Notes under the pieces: model-generated | The model's input: only the letters and a program-made list of their open reading frames with translations | Told to the model about the DNA's origin: nothing | Databases searched by the model: none | Assembly (NCBI GenBank): GCA_002633005.1 | Contig: NMRA01000140.1 | Coordinates: forward strand, 434,001-498,000 | Source of the DNA: Phoronis australis | Lineage: Eukaryota > Animalia > Phoronida | DNA: 64,000 nt | Reading direction: 5' to 3' | Part shown: positions 13,001 through 25,545 of the stretch, piece by piece | Position numbering within the stretch: the first letter of the stretch is position 1 | Layout: each line of letters begins with the position of its first letter | Program-made: the position numbers and the translations under genes

Positions 13001-16000
13001 ACAGCCAGTTTAGCTCCTCTAAGCATTCGCAGCAGACAGTATTAAAAGAACTTACCAAACTCTTGAGTAATTTTCTGCTTCAAGAACTCCATTTTAGCTG
13101 CCTCACCGTGAACCAACATCACATTCTTTGGTTCACACTGCCGGATAAGTTGCACGATTCCCTTAGCATCAGCATGAGCACTAAATGACATGTACTGAAC
13201 AGACATCTTGACCTCCAGCTGAAAGGTCAAATAGCATCCCATAAGAACACCTGATTTGCACTCATGGTCAACAGATGACATAGAAAAAGTGGTTGAGTTA
13301 CATACAGCACACACAATTTGAATTTCAGCTCAAGGTTTAGTATAAAAGTATTGACAAAATTAATGTATATCATTGGACCACTTGAAAGACATCATTTCTT
13401 ACTTCAAATAACTACTTCACCTTGACTACTTCCATTAGTTTTCAACATAAACACCAGGTGGCGAAACAAGCTGTGTGACCAAACACAGCACAGTCACCTA
13501 CATCGAATACAGTGTCCTAGCCAAGACCAGGAGTGTGTTTGTGAAGGACTTTCCCAGCATTTTCAGACGTTACAACGACCTCTCCCGCAGCCACCAACAA
13601 CTCACCATCTTTCCGTTCTCTAACTCCACTTTCTTGGCTCCACTTAATATTTTGTTGCCCACTGTTCCAGCGACACAGTAGCCAGGAATGATGACCTGTA
13701 ACAGTCAAGTACACAGAGAGGTGAATACACATATTATAGACATCTATCAGAGCAGGAAGACTTATCATGTGTCTCTAAAATGTGAACTACCTAGCCAGTG
13801 ACTCAGTCGCAGAACTGTACCAGCTGGCCTTAATATAAAAATTAAAGACCTTTTATCCAAATTAATGATTTTTCAGAGAAAAGCAGCACATTGAAATAAC
13901 CCCATACACCAGCAGCATATTAACAGATATGTTCAAACTCTATTATATCTTGGAAACACTATTTACTGAGTCAACAGAAGCACTTTTGAAACCTGTACTG
14001 TCATTATCAAAGAATTTCAAATGCAGAAGATTAACAATGTTTAATTTTTAAATGAAGTACCATCAGTGCATTACAATTAATGAATGACAAGAGGTAATTT
14101 CAAATTGTAAAACAACCATTATGGACAGACCTTTCCAAGCAAACAACAAACATTTCCAAACAAACAACATCCAATTAAAGCTCACCATGTTGTTTTCGTT
14201 TGTCGCCCATTTTTTGAAGATCTGCAGAGAAAGTCCGGCGTGTAACATTCCTGGTGTAGCAAACACCACCATCGGGCCGGGGTTGTCTGTGTACGACCTG
14301 TCAAAGGGCTGTAACAACAATAGTCACGTGGTCACATGTATGGAGAACACTTCAGTAAGCAGTATTTACTACACAATAGGGAAGGGCTGTGTTAGCCCTA
14401 CCTTCCAACAGGTAATCCAGGCTTCATATTCAAATCACATAACGAGAATGTATACAATACCATTGTGCGGTACTTTGTCTCTCATGACACATCTTGAGGG
14501 ACGAATCATAAAGGGTGACCACGAAGAAAACATATAGATAAGAATCACACACATGAAGAAAACTACATCTGACCATCGTTTGATCATGAAGCCTGTAATA
14601 CTGACTTTTTTTGCTTTCCTCACTGCCATAAGCCCGGGCCATCTTTTACATCAACTGACGCCTGACGCGGGGTTAGCCTGCTGTCAGTTAGGAGCATTTG
14701 TCTACTAAAGCCATTGAACACAAATGTAACGTTGTGTTCAACTAAACTTGTCTCAATTCATATGACGGTGAACATTTTAAAAACGCTATTATAAAACTAA
14801 TTCAATCTAACATAACTGACCAGTGAGATGACCATCAGTGTCTGGTCACTTACCTTAATGTGCTTAAATTCAAACATGTTCCTTTGTACAAATGTGTGTT
14901 TGATTTTTTGATTAGTCCAAGTTATAAACATCTTGTAGTAATGATTTGCCTGAAAATAACCAGAAAACCATCTGAAATAATGCTTTCGCCAGTACAACAT
15001 TTTGAATATAAAGTAGAATCTCAACAATTTCAGACAAAAATAAATAGACAAAATTTTCTTCTTTCATTTTCAATTTTTGTACAATTTTGTGAATTTCCAC
15101 AATTTTTCAAAACATGTCTGATGACATTATAGTACAGAATTTGAGCAAAGTGTGGCACTACTTATCATATGTGAAAACTGAAAAAATAAAATTTCACTTC
15201 TCTGTACTATTGTGTACTAAATTCGGATGAGATATTACAGTATAAAACATAATCCAAATCCCACTGAAAGGGGCATCTTTAAGAACTAACAGGAAATATA
15301 TCATTGGCGAATACTTTTGGACTGCACTAAAAAGGCAACAAACTAATTCACTAAAAAGTAAAATGCCTCTCACAACACAAACGAGACAAGGTGGTTACAT
15401 TTACAAGACAGTGCTTTCAATTCATTCTACCCACCTTTTCTGTAAGTCCCAGTGAGAAATATATTGGCACCTTGAGATTCATCCTGTCCCAGTATGTCTC
15501 CAATAGAATACACAGCTCTTGTGCTCGCCCAAGAGCAAACACAGGGATTAAAACCTGAAAGGGAGAACAGACAGCCACGTTTGAAATTGTCGGACGGACA
15601 TCACCATAAAATGGAACAATGACAAAATGAAATGAAAACTGCTTTGGTATGAGCTTACAAAGACTACTTTAAGGTTATATAGAGCATCATGTAAACATTT
15701 ACAATTCAGAAGTGGAATAAAATAGATTTGTTATAGTTTATCGAACAAAGAATGTCATAAATGGCCGTCACCTCAGACACACTACACTATGCACAATACT
15801 ACAAGTGTAAACACATCCCATGTCAGAACTCAGATGTACTTCTCCCTGCAGATTAAAAACAAAGCAACATTCCACTCTGAAACACATACGCATTTCAAGA
15901 TAACATTCATTAGCAGAAGAGCATTTTGGGTTGTATACAATAAATGTTAAACGGAAACTAAAAAATCCAATTTCTACCAACAAAACTATGATAAGTCTCA

Positions 16001-19000
16001 ATGACCGACTCTTACTTTGCCACCTCTATCAACACAATCGTGTACTTTCTTCAGAAAATCTCGCTCTCGGCACCGTTTTGAATCTCGTATAGTTGTGGCA
16101 TACGTCGACTCTGTGATGAGCATATCAGGTCGACACTTGTCAATCCAAGCGGCCCCAAGATGGCGGTCAGGAGTCATGTTGTAATCGCCCTACAACAACA
16201 CAGTTACACATTACGGTGTAATTGTATCAGATGACATATACACAGTTACAGCACAAGACAAAAGTAATCAGACAAAATGCCGTTTTCCATCATGACGACT
16301 AATTCTGTTTACACCAAAAATGACTGGTAATAACTATTATGCAGGCAAAATTCCAATTACAAAATGACTTAGCCACCTTAAGAATGTTCTCGTTACTTCC
16401 CCTTCATTCTCAGTCATCAGGGGAGACTACTCTGATGGTCAAACAGGCTTCCTGCCCAGCTGTCATGACAGAGAATTTCGGGTCATTTTGTCGCAACACT
16501 TTTAACTTGTACTGTACTGTACAAACATTACAGTGTAAGTGTATCCGATGACACATCACGCACTAAAACTAAACATTTTATTACACACTACATCAGCTAT
16601 AGCAGCACCTTATTAATACTTCCAGTCCACCCTGTATTTAAGAATTGTGACTAGTACGGATCACAGACTGTCATCAAATTATAATGCTAAATTTATGTTT
16701 TTTGTCTTTGAACTTGGCCCAGAGAATATTTATTGGGGACAGACCATTCTGTACAACAAGTCTCTGATACAAGTTGTGCAGAGTAGATCTTGTCAAATAT
16801 AGGTTGTGTCGAGGAATACAGACAATCTCCAAAAACTAAGGTGTGCTCTATGAGACATGATCAGACTAGCCTCCATGCAGCAAGCCATTATTCACCAATC
16901 AAGTGTCTGAATTGAAGCGAAGTGTTCTTACCTACTGTATAGACTGTAGCCTGCGAGCCGACTCTATTGAGGAACATAGCAGCCTTCAACACATGGCCCA
17001 ACTAACCAACATACAGCAAACCATTATACAGAGTTCCTACTTACTGTATAGACCACAGACTGTGAGCCAACTCTAATGAGGAACATGGCATCATCTAACA
17101 CATTGCCTGACTAATTGACATACAGCAAACCATTATACAGAGTTTCTACTTACTGTATAGACCACAGATTGTGAGCCAACTCTAATATGGAACATAGCAG
17201 CCCCCAACACATGACCTGCGTAGTAAGCTTTAATCTCCAGTTCATCATCTACCTGTAAGAAAATCAACAGTTCAACTTACTTTCTTCAAAGTGGCATTAT
17301 TTATGATGCACTATAGTAAAAATAATCACAAAATTCTTAATCTGGTCTGCACGACACCTGTTGGGCACTTCGCATGACCTAATGATTTAACATTAAGTAT
17401 CTAAACAGTGTCTGTTAAAGTTAAGAGATCTAAGATTTAAGCGATAAGTCAATAGAAAGGGAGACTTAAAATGATACAACTTCATGCTATTTAGGCACAT
17501 TTAATCCTTCAGTTCTGCATGGCTATTCACCACACCTGGCTCGTATTTACCTGTACCACTTGATGGAGATTGACAGCTATAACCTTCTTCATGCAGTTTT
17601 TAATCATTTCAGATGTGAAGAAGTTAGTTTCACCTTTTCGGTCTACTGTAATCTTTCTGTAGTCTTCCTGAAATCCCACACTAGCACAACTGAATATCAA
17701 GTAAACATATGTACGAAAGGCAGCCTCAACCAAGCCCAATGTGCATGGCTTTTCAAACGTTCACACTCTTTAATAACAAGTAACTTTTCAAATCATTGAT
17801 ACAATGGTGAAATGTACCTGTCAATTCAACCAAATCTTATATCATCACTGAATTGAGTAGGTCTCATAATATCAAACAGGGATTTAAAAAGCCCCAAAAG
17901 CGGTTGTCAAGTGTATCATGTTATTTTAGTATCTGATTTGGAACTACAGCCAACCCCCCCCCCTCCAGCCCAACCTAAGAATTACTACTAAGTAAACACA
18001 GACTTCTGGTCAGAGAGTGTTAAACAAGCATATCCCAATTTTATTGCAATAAGTACGTATTCAGAATGGAAGGATATATAAAACAAAACAGCTATTTACT
18101 GGCAATTTGTATCACTCAAATTCCTATGTACAGTAGCACTCACCAGTAAAATTGGACATATGGCTTTTGTCGGGTGTGTCATGTAAATAGGTCCATCAAA
18201 GCCAACCATCTCAGACATGTAAGGCAGCGCCCCACAGTGGTCAAGGTGGAAATGACTGTGAACAATAAGAGAATAAAACATGGCACAATAACAGTTAAGT
18301 TACAATCACAGTATTACATTGCGCTAACACAAAATGCAAAGGATAGCATTTCTCGACACATCCCCAGAGACGTCACAATCCAGATTCCCAGTAACGCAAG
18401 GTGAGCAACTTTTTTCAAATACGAATTCAGTCACTTCACACATAATCATTGAACATATCTGAGCGCATGGTGAGTTTGAAAATGCCCTTGATTAAAATTG
18501 ACAAGTGCTGACTTGCCCAAAGTGTCTGATCCACCAACTGAAAGCTCCGTTTCTTATATAAGCAAGCTCGCCACTGTACACCTCAACAGCTTAGTGCTTC
18601 TTTAAGTAACCATGACAACACTAGAGCATTCCTAGCATTTAAAGTTCAAAGGTCAGTACCTGATAATGACACAATCCAGATAGTCTGTTAAAGGTCCATC
18701 TCTGTTGATATACGAAAAGTCAGGAAATCTCCTCTGTAAAATAACATTTACACATTAAGTTCTCAGTTATATTGTGTTGACGAAGAAACTGAAGCAGTAC
18801 ACTATTCATAAAACTGAATGGGGTAAGAATGTGTAATCATTTAGATCATTATCCGAGAACATACTCATCTATCCATATAACGAGTGTGAAAATCGTGAAT
18901 GCTCAATGTTATTTTGATACATCACAAACTGTGTCAAGTAGGGTAATTCATTTTTAGGACTCAATAATAAATTGTGTTGGTTGTGTCACACATTGTGGTG

Positions 19001-20357
19001 ATCTGAACGGTTTAGCACATTAGCATGAGCCCCACCTTGGTAACATACCTGGATGAAGGAGGTTCAATTCAACTATTTGGATAGGGGGCGCCAGTGGGCT
19101 TAGAAAATGGCTATCATATTTACATCTTCCAACACTGAACCCATGTATACGAAGTCTGAACATGTGTGCTCCATAACGCATGCCACACCATTATTACAGA
19201 CCCTGGAACTGGATGCAGTCACGAATATCACGTGCAAAAAATTGCGTTTTACACAATACAAAAATATTTACCACCCAATGCTTAAACTGAGTGCAAATCA
19301 TGGAAACTAAATAGCCATATTTAAAAAATGTACGCTAAAAATGAATACCATTCTCACATCAAATCATGAAAAAGTCCCCATTATCTACTTCATTTCGTGT
19401 GTCCCCCCCCTCTCTCGGGCCCAGCAACCTTTCTGTCATGCATCATCCTGCGAACACAACCTGTCACTCACTTACATCATCATTAAAGCCCATGTGCATG
19501 CCACAGTCCAACATAATGTTCTTGCCGCCAATAGTGATAATGATACAGCTTCGACCAACATCCTGTCCAGCCCCTGCAAGTAACAAACCATTCAGTGTTA
19601 TTGAAACTGTTTTCAAAACCTGTGTGAGAAAAAACAGGTCGCCTATCAAGCAACTCTTGAGTTTTCATTTAAAATCTATGACCAGCCCTAATGTGCTATG
19701 GTATACGAAACGTGATGTGGTTTCATTTTTTATTACCAGCAAACCAAATTTCTGAGCAAATTTTTCTCCAGCAAAGTCATCATTATCTCTAGGAAAATTT
19801 TGCAAAAAATTAATAACTGGCGCTTCATTTTTTTGTCGCGTTTGCTTTCAAATGAACAGCAAATTTTTTTATAGGGGTCCTACAGCTTTCTCCACTGAAT
19901 GAGGGGCATCAAACTGAATCTAAAAATCTGGGACCCCTGTAAGTGAACATTGCCAGCTTTTCTCTTTATAATAAATGAAGTTCAGCTGCAATGCCTTTGT
20001 AATGGACAAGGTGAGTGTTGCTCGACTCCCAGATTTTGCATGTCACCCACGTCTGCATGTTGGTCTAAGTTTCCCATCCAGGTGATGAGTAGAGCTACCC
20101 GGGTAGTGTGAAATTTCGAGGTCTATGTGAGGTTAACACGCAGCACTTTCTAGCTGTATTATGACGTTAGTCTTCAACACCAAACAGTAGACAATTTAGT
20201 TAAGCCAGGGCAAGGCTCACTGACAGTCAAGGCAAAGCTAGTATTGTCGTGTTTCAACAGTTAAAACGAAACTCTACATTTTTTCTAAAATTGTTAGCCT
20301 TAATTTAGAGGCTCGAATAATCAACCCACCTAAAGGAACCGCTTTTATCTCCGTCAT
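10037..20357 (-). CDS. INTS11: Integrator complex subunit 11 (CPSF3-like beta-CASP metallo-beta-lactamase endonuclease), 17 exons, 598 aa
   Basis: Exons (minus strand): 20330-20357, 19476-19573, 18660-18733, 18144-18255, 17551-17667, 17154-17252, 16016-16189, 15435-15554, 14854-14949, 14186-14308, 13606-13695, 13056-13218, 12687-12797, 11990-12054, 11571-11713, 11023-11149, 10037-10093. All are GT-AG and phase-consistent, total 1797 nt. Motifs: [27 protein letters not shown]157[21 protein letters not shown]203STY, FSAHAD, VHGE, C-terminal [13 protein letters not shown]. Confidence 0.97.
10254..10435. mobile_element. Palindromic MITE in the last INTS11 intron
   Basis: Outer arms ttgtctactggactgaat / attcagtccagtagacaa. 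Inner arms tcaatgggttga / tcaacccattga. Confidence 0.65.
10816..10995. mobile_element. Degenerate MITE
   Basis: aaagccaggcgcacactacccgac at the left is an imperfect inverse of gtcgcatagtgtgcagcaggctt at the right. Confidence 0.4.
12123..12347 (+). mobile_element. MITE family B, copy 2, 6-bp TSD AAGATA
   Basis: aagata|cagggtttgtaat ... atttcaggccctg|aagata. Confidence 0.65.
16930..17220 (-). repeat. 109-bp tandem triplication of the INTS11 exon-6 3' half plus splice donor
   Basis: Exon-end TATACA|gta recurs at 17154, 17045 and 16936. The copies translate [42 protein letters not shown] and [21 protein letters not shown]. Confidence 0.9.
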
Positions 20358-20699
20358 GATTAAGACAAGCAACGAATTTTCACCACATTTCACATGTGTT
20401 CGCAAGTGTCTTCAGCACTCACGGCCAAACACTTGCTGGTTCCCTGCATGCCGCTAGGTGGACTAAGCACGCAGGGAACCAGCGAGAGCCAAACACACAT
20501 CGCCACCTGGTGATCGTTCACATTTTTCGGTTTTATAAAATAACAAAAACGGTATGCTGTTTCAATATCTAAGTTGAAATATCCATTAAAAGTTATATTA
20601 CTTGAAATAAAGTAGTTTTAGATGAGTATAGAGGAATATTTGAAATTTAAAAATAGTAGTGTGGAGCTCTAACCCGGAAGCTGTAAAAATATCAAAATA
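20358..20699. promoter_or_regulatory. Bidirectional promoter region INTS11/CPTP
   Basis: Divergent ATGs are separated by only 342 nt. The interval contains an ETS-like CCGGAAG (~20674), a CTCF-like tcgccacctggtga (20500-20513) and a hairpin insert (20432-20486). Confidence 0.7.
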
Positions 20700-22839
20700 A
20701 TGGAATCCTTGAAACCGTGTAGTCAGAAAACGTTAGGAGCCAAAAGTTCCACGGATTGCCCTTTTGATCTAAAACGCCTCTATGAAAGTTTGTCATCTTG
20801 TAAACAGGAGAATGGTGATATTTCTGTTTCGGCCTACTTGGATACTTACGCTGAACTTAACAGGTAAAGCTCTACCACTGCACTAGGCAATGACCATCGC
20901 CTCTGTTGGCCCGAACCAGAGGCGATGTAGAGGCTATAGGCGCTCTGTACGCCGGAAGCTTTTCGGCGAATTATGCCTCGCACCGACTAAACCATCAAAG
21001 TCACGTTGTTGTAAATACCTTTTGCGCATAGAGGAGGTTGTCGATGTGATTAATTCCTTCCAACTCGAACAAATACTCCCGTTATGAAACTTTTTCTTCG
21101 AGCAGCCCCTATTTCAGTTCCCAAAATCGTGAACTCACCATTTTTATACTGTGCACGCTCCAATTCATGACCTTAATCTTTAAATAGGCCAAAGGTGAGC
21201 CATTGCGGTCTTGTCAGTCAAATGTTCGTTTCCAAAATGCCACCACTTATACTTGTCTTTAATTGGCGTTACTTGAAAGTGATGGTATTTCAATGAATTA
21301 TTGTTTGTATTTGATAAAAATAAATGCTGTTGATATGACATTTAATAGTCTTTGTGCACATATTTGACATTTCAATGTTTAACAACACGGCAAATGCACG
21401 GCTGGTTCCCGGCAGCACGTACGCGAAGGGCGGGAACTTCAGCTTTCAAAGTTCGCCGGTAGGTCCGCAACTTCTGACCTTCAGCCTGGTTAAAAAAATG
21501 AAAAAGTTGATTTCACGATTTTGGGAACTGAAATAGGGACTGCTCGAAGAAAAAGTTTCATAACGGGAGTATTTGTTCGAGTTGGAAGAACTTAAACACA
21601 TCGACAACCTCCTAAGGTGTTCGTCTATGCGCAAAAGGTAGTTATAACAACGTGGCCTTGATGGTTTAGTCGGTGCGAGGCATAATTCGCCGAAAAGCTT
21701 CCGGCGTACAGAGCGCCTATAGCCTCTACATCGCCTCTGGTTCGGGCCAACAGAGGCGATGGTCATTGCCTACCACTGCACAGGCACAGCACCAGACAGT
21801 AGACAGCGACCACCCTGGCACCGACAGTAGGACGATGGCGCTCCTATAGGCGCTTCATACGCCGGAAGATTTTCGGCGAATTATGCCTTGCATTGCATGA
21901 CTAAAACATCAAAGTCACGCTGTTATAAATACCTTTTGCTCACAAAGGGACACCTTAGGAGGCCGTCCGTGTATGTAATTCCTTCCAACTTGAACAAATA
22001 CTCCCGTTATCAAACTTTTTCTTCGAGCAGTCTCTCGTTCACTTCCCAAAATCGATAACTCACCATTTTTAACACTGTGCGCACCAGGTGGTATGACGTC
22101 ATATCCCCTGGTATTTAAATTGAGCTTTCCCAAACAGAAACATCATCCCTCCACTTTTTGGTGGCCGGGATGATTGTAGTGAAACATGGACTGTGATTAG
22201 TATTTGTAACTTCACCCTATCTCACACATATCTGTCTCCTTTTTATAATTTATACATTTTCAAATTTGATGACATGATTTGTTAGACATTTATCATTTTC
22301 ATGATTCCAGGTTTTTTCGAATGTTTGGTGCTATGTTTGGATTTGTCATCAGTGATATTAAGGAGAAAATGGCAATACTCAGTGAGTACATGGAATCTGA
22401 CCAGGGCAGTCACTACACCACTGTCCAGGCCATGGTTACTTACGAAGTAGCCAACAATATCACCACTGTTCAGCATAAGAAAACTCCAGTGTCAGGCTGC
22501 CGGACTCTACTGCGTCTCCACCGCGCCTTGGAATTTGTGATATTATTGCTGAAGAAACTGCACAGCCCTGATCCGCAGTACAATGACAAAGTGTCGTATT
22601 TAGCTAACGATGCTTACTTGGAAACATTAGCCAAACACCACCCTTGGTTGTTGCGTAAGGGGGTCTGCTTTGCATTCCACATGTTGCCAACTAGGGTAGA
22701 ACTGTTGAAGAGAATGGGGTGTCAGGAGGGTAACGAGGACATGTTGGGTCTCCTGTTGAAGGCGGTGCATGTATCCCAGCCGGTCTACGACGTTGTTCAA
22801 GAGATTTACACGCAGCATAAATTACTAGATCTGCCTTAG
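20700..22839 (+). CDS. CPTP: Ceramide-1-phosphate transfer protein (GLTP-domain containing 1), 2 exons, 230 aa
   Basis: Exon 1 20700-20863 (MESLKP...FDLKRLYESLSSC...YLDTYAELNR|gtaaag) and exon 2 22311-22839 (ttccag|G FFRMFGAMFGFVISDIKEK...SGCRTLLRLHRALEF...LAKHHPWLLR...YTQHKLLDLP*). The DxxxK and RxxxRxHR motifs and the C-terminal LLDLP are typical of CPTP/GLTPD1. Confidence 0.93.
20884..21772. mobile_element. Young non-autonomous DNA transposon with ~250-bp TIRs and 9-bp TSD (MULE/Mutator-like)
   Basis: TIRs 20884-~21133 and ~21512-21772, with the first ~110 bp identical (mirrored ORFs 20890+ and 21766-). TSD ccactgcac at 20875-20883 and 21773-21781. No transposase. Confidence 0.85.
21800..22130 (+). 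mobile_element. Older, truncated relative of the MULE-like element
   Basis: tagacagcgaccacc...ctataggcgct...gccggaag...ttcggcgaattatgcc...aaagtcacg...aacaaatactcccgttat...cttcgagcag...cccaaaatcg is collinear with the TIR at 20884-21133. Confidence 0.75.
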
Positions 22840-24945
22840 CTCTTTACACCTTAATTTAATTTTTATTTTTAGCTTGTTGTTGCATACTTGGCAATTTGCC
22901 AGAAAGTTGTTAGGAACTAGATCTGCTTCAGCTCTTTTGTAACTTAACGAGAAAAGTTAATTAGTCTCTAGCTGCATGCTTTGATAGATATTCCTCACTT
23001 TAGAGCACCTTCTTGTGGAAAACGTGATATCTTGTTTCATTAAATATATCAACAAATGCTGAGATTAAAAATTTACTTCACTGTTGCTTAGGTTTGTCAT
23101 TAGTGTGCCTTTGAAAATGGAAAATTACAGTTTGTGCAATTGTTTTGTGTAAATTCAGGACACTTTTGTAGCACAGTTGATATAAAGAGGTGTTATTGGT
23201 TGTTTTAGATCTGCATTAAGTTCTTTGAAACTTGACTTGAGAGAGTTAATTAGCCTACTGCTGTAGGTTTAGTTATCCAGATGATTTTCCGTTACCAGGA
23301 GATGTAACCATTCAAGTGTTTAGTTTTTTATTTTGTTATCTGGTTTCGAAAATTTGAAACGAAATTGTTGCATAATTCTAGTCTAGTGTGGCCTTGAACT
23401 GACATGGTGTTGATGGTCTTGCTTTATAACTCCTAGTTAATATATTGTTTTGTATATTTTGTATCAGTTTACTGTAGATGTATAAACGATTTGTCATTAA
23501 GGTATTGTAGCCAGTGTGGAATAGGTTCGTGTCACCGAATTTCATGACAGAGGCAGAATCGACTACTTACAGTAAATCGAATCTTTTTGATAGTCACTGT
23601 CTACGATAATCCTTTTTCTGGCATTTATGACATCATTTTATGTGGCCCAAGGCAGGAACTTTATCATGCGAATGCAAGTTCACCTAACCATCAGTTGGAG
23701 TATGAATGCAGATGCTGATGGTCAAAAACTTCAATTTATTGTTAGTACTCTACTTTGTCTCATGAAATTCACCTTTGGGATGGTATTTATTTATTTTATT
23801 AATTTAGACTCGTGCTGCAGAATGTCTACCGTGTTCAAATCTAGGTGATACCTACATTCGTCTGTAACTGAAACTTAGATGCAGGTGCATGTATGTAAAT
23901 TAATTGAGCAAAGATGTCTTGGGAAAATGCTGGTGCATAAGCCTAACTTCACGCATGTAGATTTGTCGTAGTATTTCTGTATCCATTAACTTAAAACTGC
24001 TTGTCCTCAGTATAAAGTTGCCAAAAAACAATTAAGCCACTTTAGTTCAAGACAATGCTTCAAACTTGTGTTGCCCTCTCCTTCAACAACAGTTCAAGAC
24101 TGGATGAGCTTGGTAGGGTTTTTAAACCACAAAACACTTGGGTTAAGAATTCAACATTGACAGCTAAACAGTGGCGGCAAAACGCCCCTTTAAATGAAAG
24201 CTCACTGAAGGCTTCTGTACTCTGTGTGTGAATTGAGTGTTTTTGTTAATGTCATATTCTGTTTAAACGTCTAGTTAGAAACCACTGACACTCAGTCACA
24301 ACTGAATACAATACAAACATACAGATAAACAAGATACAAATGTAGTTTAGCGGAGATGTCAAGTCCTTCACAAAGCTGAGAACGAAATTCAGCAGTAACT
24401 AAGTAGGTCATGTGATGTGGCCAACAGATGGCGTGCTGACAAGACTGACTTAAAATGTTTGCATCATATTTTCCAGGACATATTGAGATTGACATATTCA
24501 TAAACAGTAACTAATTGCCAGTTCTTTGCCAAGCCCACAAATCACTTCCAGTTTGACTAAAGAACAATTCGAGAGCAATTTCATGATGGATGGTTTTAAT
24601 GATAGAAGTCAAGTTCATAGGCACTGAAAGTTTTTGTATTCTGGTTTAGGTATTTATGTTGGTCTAACATATTGAAAGTATTTGTTGTCATGACTGTTGA
24701 ACATTTTATGATCTAAGAGTTTTGCTTTACATAACTTTTCTGTTTCATTTTACTTCTCCAAGTACCAGTAAATGTGTGTCCTCTTGGCAGAACATTATCG
24801 ACTTGCACACAACCGGGGTTAACTGCTGGTCATATAATAATGTTCTTACCGTCTTTAGAGTTTGCCGTGTTAAATCACTGAGTTTTAAAACTCCAGTTTT
24901 GCTACAGCCAACATGTCAATGTGATGCTTTTTCTGAATTAGACAT

Positions 24946-25208
24946 CCGGGGACGGCACTCATATTGACAAAGTGCCCGTAGGCGTGTAACAAAAATTGCG
25001 GGTAGACAGTACAGCAAGTTTTGAGGGAAGCTTGTGGGGTCCAATAGGCCTCTAAATTTCCATTTCGTCCCTGGTGAGAGGAAAAAAGGAAAAATCTATC
25101 CGCAAAAAGGGGGGGAGAATTAGCAGACCTAGCACCCGCAGTAGGGCGTCTCTCAGCAGTTTTTGGTACATGCCTGCGGGCACCTTGTCAATATGAGTGA
25201 CCCCCGGG
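24946..25208. mobile_element. MITE with ~55-bp TIRs (CCGGGG..CACTCATATTGACAA)
   Basis: cactcatattgacaaagtgcccgtaggcgtgtaacaaaaattgc is the inverse of gcagtttttggtacatgcctgcgggcaccttgtcaatatgagtg. Confidence 0.75.
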
Positions 25209-25545
25209 CTGGACATACTCTAGTCAATGATAACCAAAAGGCAATTGCAATATTTATTCATTCACTTAAAAGTATCGTTATTACTTTGCAGAGTTTTGAG
25301 TGGGTGTTGGGTGGTGTGTGAATAGGTTTGAGTTGGTGCAATTTGACTTGCTGCTTCTTGCTAACATTTGTAAGAGATCTGCTTTGTGTGCAATAAAAAT
25401 GATAAAGGCTGGGTTATTTCAAACTTTTTATGCTAATGCCCTTATGTAGTACTGAGATGTGTGCTGTTAGACTTTAATTGAAAACAAATGTCTAAATTAA
25501 AATTTGTTTCTCCCAGGCAACATACGTAATAAAACATTCCCTTTA

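Noticed and set aside
20890-21766. Mirror ORFs beginning MTIASVGPNQRR on both strands
   Set aside because: They are readings of the transposon TIRs and show no transposase or other protein motifs.
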